Assembly (NCBI GenBank): GCA_047459215.1
Contig: VSBZ01000004.1
Location: 6,693-70,692, forward strand
DNA length: 64,000 bases
Reading direction: 5' to 3'
From: Micromonosporaceae bacterium
Lineage (GTDB): Bacteria > Actinomycetota > Actinomycetes > Mycobacteriales > Micromonosporaceae
Shown here: positions 55,989 to 64,000 of the stretch, piece after piece
Layout of the letters: each line of letters opens with the position of its first letter
How positions within the stretch are numbered: the first letter of the stretch is position 1
Made by a program: the position numbers and the translations under genes
The notes under the pieces: generated by a model
Database searches by the model: none
What the model was told of the DNA's origin: nothing
Seen by the model: only the letters and a program-made list of their open reading frames with translations

Positions 55989-56021
55989 CCGTCCACAGAG
56001 TTATCCACAAGTTGTGGATCA
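55989..56021. promoter_or_regulatory. Cluster of three DnaA-box-like 9-mers including a perfect 17-bp palindrome
   Basis: CCGTCCACA (55989-55997), TTATCCACA (56001-56009) and the inverted TGTGGATCA (56013-56021). ATCCACAA-G-TTGTGGAT (56003-56019) is a perfect 8-1-8 palindrome. The cluster lies 168 nt upstream of the ATG at 56189. Confidence 0.4.
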
Positions 56022-56188
56022 GTGGTGGGACGGCAGCGGTGCGTTATCGTCGGTCGCAACCGCCCGGAGGCCCGTTCCGTACGGGTTTCACCGGGGCGTG
56101 GACTGTGGACCGCCGTCCGCGACAACCCGATCCCCGGGCTCGGGTGTCTGACAGGTACGAGGCGGCGTCGACGCAGCGCGGAGGCGGC

Positions 56189-56908
56189 ATGCGAGCTGGG
56201 CGGCCCCGGTGGGTGCCGGTGGTGGTGGCGGTGCTGGCGGTGGGCGTGGCCGGCCTCGCCGCCGCCGGACCGGGGTTCGTGGGCAGGCCGGTGCCGCCGG
56301 CGCGACTCGACGACCCGCTGCCCGGCGGCGAGCGCCAATCCGGCGGCCTGCCCAGCATCCCCCCAGACCTGGACGCCTCCGAGGAACAGGTCCCGGGCAG
56401 CGACCTGTTCGAGGCGCTGTTCCTCGCGTTCGTGGCGGCGGCGGTCCTCACCACGGCGGTGCTGGTCGCATACCAGATCTACCGGACGATCCACAACCTG
56501 CTCACCGCCCGGGTGCGGCGTCGGGAGCTGGAGCGGCGCGCCTCCCAGCCCGACGAGGAGTTCGAGGCCGAGCAGGTGCGTGGTGCGGTCCGTGCGGGGC
56601 TGGCCGACCTGGACGCGGGTGGGGACCCGAGGCGGGCGGTCATCGCCTGCTGGTTGCGGTTGGAGCGGATCGCCGCGGCGGCGGGGACCGCCCGAGAGAT
56701 CGCCGACACCCCGGGTGACCTGGTGGGTCGTCTGCTGGCGCGGCACCGGGTCAGCCGGGCGGCGTTGGAGCGGCTCGCCGACGCCTACCGGCTGGCGCGG
56801 TTCGCGCCGGCACAGGTCGGACCGGAGCTGGTCGGGATCGCCCGGGAGGCGCTGCGTGACCTGGACGCGCAGCTGCGCCTGCCGGTGGACGCGGGGGGCG
56901 GCCGATGA
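56189..56908 (+). CDS. DUF4129 domain-containing membrane protein
   Basis: ATG 56189. An N-terminal TM segment, a second TM segment, then IACWLRLERIAAAAGTAREIADTPGDLVGRLL...ADAYRLARFA, typical of DUF4129. Confidence 0.72.
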   Translation: MRAGRPRWVPVVVAVLAVGVAGLAAAGPGFVGRPVPPARLDDPLPGGERQSGGLPSIPPDLDASEEQVPGSDLFEALFLAFVAAAVLTTAVLVAYQIYRTIHNLLTARVRRRELERRASQPDEEFEAEQVRGAVRAGLADLDAGGDPRRAVIACWLRLERIAAAAGTAREIADTPGDLVGRLLARHRVSRAALERLADAYRLARFAPAQVGPELVGIAREALRDLDAQLRLPVDAGGGR

Positions 56909-57561
56909 GGCCCGTCGACCGCACCCGCGCCGTCGTGGCGGACCTGGTACGCCCCGGGCAACCGGACGGGTGGGACGCCGGGGCCGGTCGACCGCGGCGG
57001 TCGCTCCGCCGCCGGATCAGTGGCGCGTTGACGGCACTGGTGCGCGCCCCGGGCGTGAGCGTCACCTTCGGCCAGTGGTTGCTGCGGGCGACGGTCAAGG
57101 CGCTGCTCATCGCCGCGCCGGTCAGCTTCCTCGTCTGGGCGGTCGCGGGCGCCCAGGGGTACCAGCCGGCGTACCCCCAGCTGCTGGCGGTGGGCACCGC
57201 GGCGATCCTGCTGCCCTGGTTGCTGTCCACCGCCCACGCACCGCCGGAGCGGCCGGCGCCGGCCGACCCGGACGTCGCCGAGCTGCGGGCCCCCGGCTTC
57301 CCCCAGGCCGACCGGTGGGAGCGACGGTTTGCCCTGACCGCGGGGGACGTGGAGGCGTTCACCAAGGTGGCGCGCGACCGCCTGGCGGTCGTGGCCGGAG
57401 AGCGGCTGCGCCAGCGCCACGGGGTGCGGCTGGACCGGCAGCCTGAGCGGGCCCGGGAGATCCTCGGCCACGACCTGTACGGCTTCCTCACCGGACCGCT
57501 GTCCCGCACGCCCACGCCCGACGAGTTGGACCGGTTCGTGACCAGGATGAAGGAGATCTGA
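56905..57561 (+). CDS. Hypothetical membrane protein
   Basis: ATG 56905 overlaps the previous stop (ATGA). Two hydrophobic helices. No recognised family. Confidence 0.6.
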   Translation: MRPVDRTRAVVADLVRPGQPDGWDAGAGRPRRSLRRRISGALTALVRAPGVSVTFGQWLLRATVKALLIAAPVSFLVWAVAGAQGYQPAYPQLLAVGTAAILLPWLLSTAHAPPERPAPADPDVAELRAPGFPQADRWERRFALTAGDVEAFTKVARDRLAVVAGERLRQRHGVRLDRQPERAREILGHDLYGFLTGPLSRTPTPDELDRFVTRMKEI

Positions 57562-57562
57562 C

Positions 57563-58614
<1,052 letters not shown>

Positions 58615-58618
<4 letters not shown>

Positions 58619-59925
58619 CCACGCCGGACGACGGTGGCTGGCGGCCGACGCGGGCCTTGCACCGCGCCGGTGCGCTGGTCGCGCTCACGCTGCTGCTGGC
58701 GACGGTGCTCGGCCGGCGGGAGCTGGTGATCCTGGCCGTCCCGTTCGTGCTGGGCACCGCCGTCTCGCTGGCGCGGCGCCCGGTCGGGGCGCCGAAGCCG
58801 ACGCTGCAGCTGGACCGGTCCATCACCGTGGAGGGCGGTCCCGTGCAGGCCAGGGTGCTGGTGCGCAACGACGAGCCGGTCACCCTGCTGTGCGTGGTCG
58901 CCATGCGCACCTCCCGCTGGATCCGGCTGGACCACGGGAGCGGCCGGTACGCCGCCGTGGTGGGGCCCTCGCAGGCGGGCCGGGTGCTCGTGCGCGGCAC
59001 CGCCCTGCGGTGGGGCGACCAGCGGATCGGTCCGGCCGACGTCCGGCTGTACGCCTGCGACGGGCTGCTGCGCACCGACCGGGTGGCCCTCCAGGCCCAG
59101 CGTCAGTCCGTGTACCCGGTGTCGGAGCACTTCGACTCCGGCGAGCCGCTGCCCAGGGCCAGCGGCGTGTCCGGGATCCACCGCTCCCGCCGCCCCGGCG
59201 ACGGCGGCGAGCTGGCCGACGTGCGGCCGTTCCAGATGGGAGACAAGCTCCGGCGGATCAACTGGCGGGTCAGCCACCGCACCGGCGAGTTGTACGTCAA
59301 CTCCACCCTGTCCGAACGCGAGGCCGACGTCCTGCTGGTGCTCGACGTCCGCCACGAGGCCGGCAGCTCCGGCGGGATCGGCGGTACCGCGTCCGTGCTG
59401 GACGCCACCGTCCGGGCCGCGGCCGCGATCGGCGAGCACTACACCCACCAGGGGGACCGGGTGTCGCTCGTGGAGTTCGGCCCGCGGCTGCGCCGGTTGC
59501 CGGCCGGCACCGGCCGGCGGCACTTCCTGGCCGCCCTGGAGTGGCTGGTCGACGTGAACCTGGCGCCCACCGGGCTGTCTCCGGGCTACGAGCTGTTCTC
59601 CCGCCAGCTGCGCCCGACGAACGCGCTGCTGGTGGTGCTCACGCCGCTACTGGACACCGACAGCGCGCTGCTGCTGGCGATGCTGGCCCGCGCCGGCCGC
59701 ACGCTGGTGGCGGTCGACACGCTGCCGGACGAGCTCGGCCGGCAGCACCGGACCGAGTGGGCGCGTGCCGCCGAGCAGGTGTGGCTGCTGGAGCGGGAGA
59801 ACACCATCGGCCGGTTGCGGGAGGTGGGTGTGCCGGTGGAGAAGTGGCGCGGCGCGGGCAGCCTCGATGCGGTGCTGCGGCACATGTACCGGCTGGTCAC
59901 CACCGCTCGGGGGGTGCGGCGATGA
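58615..59925 (+). CDS. DUF58 domain-containing protein (copy 2)
   Basis: GTG 58615 overlaps the moxR stop. N-terminal TM pair, and GELADVRPFQMGDKLRRINW is the DUF58 hallmark. Confidence 0.88.
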
Positions 59926-60527
59926 GCTGGCGCGAGGCCCCGCTGGTCGAGCGGTTCGCCTACTACGCGACCCGCCTGTGGGCGTGGGCGCGACGGGTGC
60001 GGCCGGCGCCGCTGGCGCTACGAGTCGTGGTGTGGGTGAGCGGGGTGGGTGCCCTCGTGCCGGTGCTCCCGTCCCAGCTCCAGCCGGCCACCGGGGCGAT
60101 GGCCGTGGTCGCGCTGGCCGCGCTCGCGGCCGGGTTCCCGGGCTCGTGGTGGGTGGGGTCGCTGGAGACCCTCGCGGTGGTGCTGCTGGCGCTGGCGGTC
60201 TGGCTCGGGGAGCCCCTGGGCCTGCCGGTAGTGGCCGGGTGCGCGGCCCTGCTGTACGTGCACCACACGGCCGCCGCGCTCGCCGCCACGCTGCGCACCG
60301 ACGCGCTCGTGCCGGCGGCGGTTCTGCGCCGGTACGTCGTGCGCACCGCCGGTGTGCTGGCCGCCTCGGCGGTCCTGGCCGGCGCGGTGGCCACCGTGCC
60401 GGAGCAGCAGCCGGGGTGGTCTCCCAGCCTGTTCATGGCCGTGGCCGCCGCGGCCGCGGTGGCCGCCACCGCCGCCCTGGTCTACCTGGCCGGCGACCGG
60501 TGGGCGCGCCCCGACCGGGAACGGTAG
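59922..60527 (+). CDS. Hypothetical polytopic membrane protein
   Basis: ATG 59922 overlaps the previous stop (ATGA). About 5 hydrophobic helices. Confidence 0.6.
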   Translation: MSWREAPLVERFAYYATRLWAWARRVRPAPLALRVVVWVSGVGALVPVLPSQLQPATGAMAVVALAALAAGFPGSWWVGSLETLAVVLLALAVWLGEPLGLPVVAGCAALLYVHHTAAALAATLRTDALVPAAVLRRYVVRTAGVLAASAVLAGAVATVPEQQPGWSPSLFMAVAAAAAVAATAALVYLAGDRWARPDRER

Positions 60528-60594
60528 GCGCGCACCGTCCCGATCGCCCCCGTGCCGGCCAGCACCAGCCCCACCGCGCCGGGCGGCACGCCGG

Positions 60595-61785
60595 TCAGGC
60601 CGTGGTACCCCTGGCCGGCGACGGCCAGCCACAGCAGCCCGACCACGACGGCCAGGTAGCCCGCGACCGTGGCGGCCGGGCCTCGACCCGACCGGCAGGC
60701 AGCACGAGCGCCGTCAACGCGACGGCGCACGCGGCCACCCACGGGACGCGCCCGGCCAGCCAGGCGGCCGACCCGACGGGGGCGGCGGACAGCCAGCCGG
60801 CCAGGTACAGCACCACGATGACGAGCACGGCGGCGACCAGGTGCCACAGGAACAGCGTCAACACCACCGAGTTGACGGCGACCACGGCCATCCACACCCG
60901 GCTGCGCTCCAGCCACCGCTGGCTGCGGTCGCGCAGCAGCAGGGCCAGGCCGAGCTGCGCGACCGCGAGCGACAGCAGCGCCAGCGTGGGTGGGGAGGAG
61001 TTCTGCACCGGCGCACCGGGGACGGTGACCATGCTGACCGGGTACGGGCCGGCGACGGTGAGCAGCACGAGCGCCGCCAGGCCGCCGGCCAGCAGCGGCA
61101 CGGCCACCCGCGGCCGGGCCGGGAGCCGGCCGTCCTGCCAGCTGAACCCCACCTGGTGGAGGGCGAGCCAGGCGAACAGGAGGTTGCCGTACGCGTACGA
61201 CTCCTGGCCGTACCGCAGCCGCAGCACGTCCCCGACGGCGACCGGAAGGAGCAGCAGCACCGGTACGGCCAGCCCGGCGCGGCGGTGCGCGGCGTACATG
61301 ACCGGGGTGAGGAGCACCGCCGCCAGGTAGGCGACGAGGAACCACAGCGGCAGGGTGGCCAGCCACGTGGCCGTGCCGATCTGATCGCGGTCGACGCCGG
61401 CGAGGCCGGCTACCACGGCGGCCGCCGCCACCACCGCCAGCAGCACGGCCGTCGGGTACGCCAGCCGGGCGCCGCGGTCCAGCAGCCAGTCCACGGTGGC
61501 GGCCGTCCGGTCCGGCCGCCGCAGGCGGGAGCGCAGCGAGGCCGCGTTGGCGAACCCGCCGACCATGAAGAACACCGGCATGACCTGGAACAGCCACGTC
61601 ACCGGCTGCGCCCAGGTGAGCACCGCCAGGGCGCTGAACCCGCGGATCGTCCCGCCGGCGGGTTGGACGGCTATCAGCAGCCAGTGGCCGAGCACCACGG
61701 CGCAGATCGCCACCGCCCGCAGCAGGTCGACGTGGCGGTCGCGCCGCGCGGGCGTGCGCGCGGCGGTCTCCCGCACCGGTCCCAC
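60595..61785 (-). CDS. Acyltransferase family 3 membrane protein (possible 3' frameshift)
   Basis: DLLRAVAICAVVLGHW and about 10 TM helices. After the ...GRVEARP motif (about nt 60680) this frame turns W/C/R-rich, while an alternative frame continues with TM-like sequence to 60482. Confidence 0.78.
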   Translation of the reverse strand: MGPVRETAARTPARRDRHVDLLRAVAICAVVLGHWLLIAVQPAGGTIRGFSALAVLTWAQPVTWLFQVMPVFFMVGGFANAASLRSRLRRPDRTAATVDWLLDRGARLAYPTAVLLAVVAAAAVVAGLAGVDRDQIGTATWLATLPLWFLVAYLAAVLLTPVMYAAHRRAGLAVPVLLLLPVAVGDVLRLRYGQESYAYGNLLFAWLALHQVGFSWQDGRLPARPRVAVPLLAGGLAALVLLTVAGPYPVSMVTVPGAPVQNSSPPTLALLSLAVAQLGLALLLRDRSQRWLERSRVWMAVVAVNSVVLTLFLWHLVAAVLVIVVLYLAGWLSAAPVGSAAWLAGRVPWVAACAVALTALVLPAGRVEARPPRSRATWPSWSGCCGWPSPARGTTA

Positions 61786-61803
61786 GAGCCGCCCCCGTCC
61801 CGG

Positions 61804-63303
<1,500 letters not shown>

Positions 63304-63349
63304 CTGTCCAGTCTGCGCACGCCGCCGCCTCCCGCCCAGCCGGCCCGGG

Positions 63350-63652
63350 TCAGTCCCGGGGCAGCAGCGGCCCCAGCGGACCCAGGTCCAGGTTGAGGTC
63401 GTCCTCGGTCAGCCCGAAGTGCTCGCGCAACGCCGCCATCTGCTCCTCCAGCGCCAGCAGGGTGGCCCCGACCCGCTCCACCTGCTCGGGGGCGAGGTCA
63501 CCGTGCTCCAGGCGGCGGATCGCCTGCCGTTCGACCAGCTGACGCAGCAGTTCCACGACGGTGAGCACGAGCGCGGCCAGGCCCTTGCCGTGGTCGCCGT
63601 CGTCGAGGGCCAGCCGCAGGCCGCCGGGCCCGGCGTTCACCGGTCCGCTCAC
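63350..63652 (-). CDS. gvpK: Gas vesicle protein K
   Basis: GTG 63652 overlaps the upstream stop (GTGA). LAALVLTVVELLRQLVERQAIRRLEHGDLAPEQVERVGATLLALEEQMAALREHFGLTEDDLNLDLGPLG is the canonical GvpK sequence. Confidence 0.85.
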   Translation of the reverse strand: MSGPVNAGPGGLRLALDDGDHGKGLAALVLTVVELLRQLVERQAIRRLEHGDLAPEQVERVGATLLALEEQMAALREHFGLTEDDLNLDLGPLGPLLPRD

Positions 63653-63906
63653 CAGGCGTCCCCGTCGTCCCCGCCGGCGGGTGCCGGCGCGAACAGGTCC
63701 GGCCGCACCGACGACAGCAGCGCGCGCAGGGAGATGTGCACGAGGTCCACCTCGGCGATCGACAGCGTGAGCTCCCCGCACACCACGACGCCGCGGGCGA
63801 GCACCCGGTCCAGCAGGTCCACCAGCGGCACCCGGTCGTCGGGGTGCGCCACCGCCGCCCGGTGCGAGGTGTAGATCACCGACGGCGTCGCCACCTGTCG
63901 GGTCAC
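63649..63906 (-). CDS. Gas vesicle structural protein, GvpA/GvpJ/GvpS family
   Basis: GTG 63906 preceded by GAGGGGGA. PLVDLLDRVLARGVVVCGELTLSIAEVDLVHISLRALLSSV is the GvpA/J core. Confidence 0.85.
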   Translation of the reverse strand: MTRQVATPSVIYTSHRAAVAHPDDRVPLVDLLDRVLARGVVVCGELTLSIAEVDLVHISLRALLSSVRPDLFAPAPAGGDDGDAW

Positions 63907-64000
63907 GCGTCCCCCTCGGGCTCCACGTCGACGAACGAGTACGCCGGCCACGGTCCGGTCAGGCGCAGGGCCAGGTTGTCGTGGGCGAGGTCGAGGCGGC
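63903..64000 (-). CDS. GvpL/GvpF family gas vesicle protein, C-terminal end (5' part outside window)
   Basis: My manual translation of the minus strand gives ...RLDLAHDNLALRLTGPWPAYSFVDVEPEGDA with a stop at 63903-63905. LTGPWP(P/A)YSF is the conserved GvpL/F C-terminus. The stop overlaps the next start (GTGA). Confidence 0.7.
   Translation of the reverse strand, partial: RLDLAHDNLALRLTGPWPAYSFVDVEPEGDA

Noticed and set aside
55989-56021. DnaA-box cluster interpreted as a chromosomal replication origin (oriC).
   Set aside because: There are only three boxes within 33 bp, with no adjacent AT-rich unwinding element and no dnaA/dnaN/rpmH/gyrB context. The flanking genes are a nucleotidyltransferase and a MoxR operon. 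I kept it as a regulatory or titration-site candidate only.

Overview
High-GC (spot counts mostly above 70%) actinobacterial chromosomal segment that is densely coding, with about 65 supportable CDS. I recognised no rRNA, tRNA, CRISPR array, transposase or integrase. Most of it is core metabolism and envelope housekeeping. In order along the window:
- LivG/LivF ABC ATPases, then a beta-hydroxyacid dehydrogenase, amidohydrolase and RidA cluster.
- Aconitase.
- MMPL transporter.
- LemA-DUF2207 and PadR-HAAS pairs.
- Glyoxylate shunt locus: aceA, divergent ramB-like regulator, aceB.
- Two LLM/F420-type oxidoreductases, a peroxiredoxin, aminopeptidase P and asnB.
- PAP2 phosphatase and a YdbS/YdbT-like PH-domain pair.
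- moxR-DUF58-VWA followed by fabG-inhA-ferrochelatase-HAD and an NfeD/SPFH pair. This order matches what I recall of M. tuberculosis Rv1479-Rv1488, with acn (Rv1475c) also nearby there.
- TrmH methyltransferase, then TetR with a divergent hydrolase.
- GT-C glycosyltransferase.
- A compact family-A DNA polymerase paralogue.
- A second MoxR-DUF58 operon with DUF4129.
- Acyltransferase-3, a Ser/Thr kinase, and the 3' end of a gas vesicle (gvp) cluster at the right edge.

Many adjacent genes overlap by 4 nt (ATGA/GTGA), which supports the operon calls.

The most unusual part is a lower-GC four-gene island at about 9.3-12.7 kb. It encodes a small helical W-x-G/YxxxD protein, a 392-aa protein with an internal W-x-G hairpin plus a long hydrophobic segment, and two tandem paralogous Cys-rich lipoproteins. 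No type VII secretion core genes are in the window.

Other items worth a second look:
- An exact 12-mer LacI-like operator shared by two promoters.
- A DnaA-box-like perfect palindrome upstream of the second MoxR operon.
- A 561-nt 3'-3' ORF overlap that carries 27-bp tandem repeats.
- Two deletion-scar or pseudogene junctions.
- A probable frameshift in the acyltransferase gene.

All function calls rest on motif and family recognition by eye from the translated ORFs. No database search was run.
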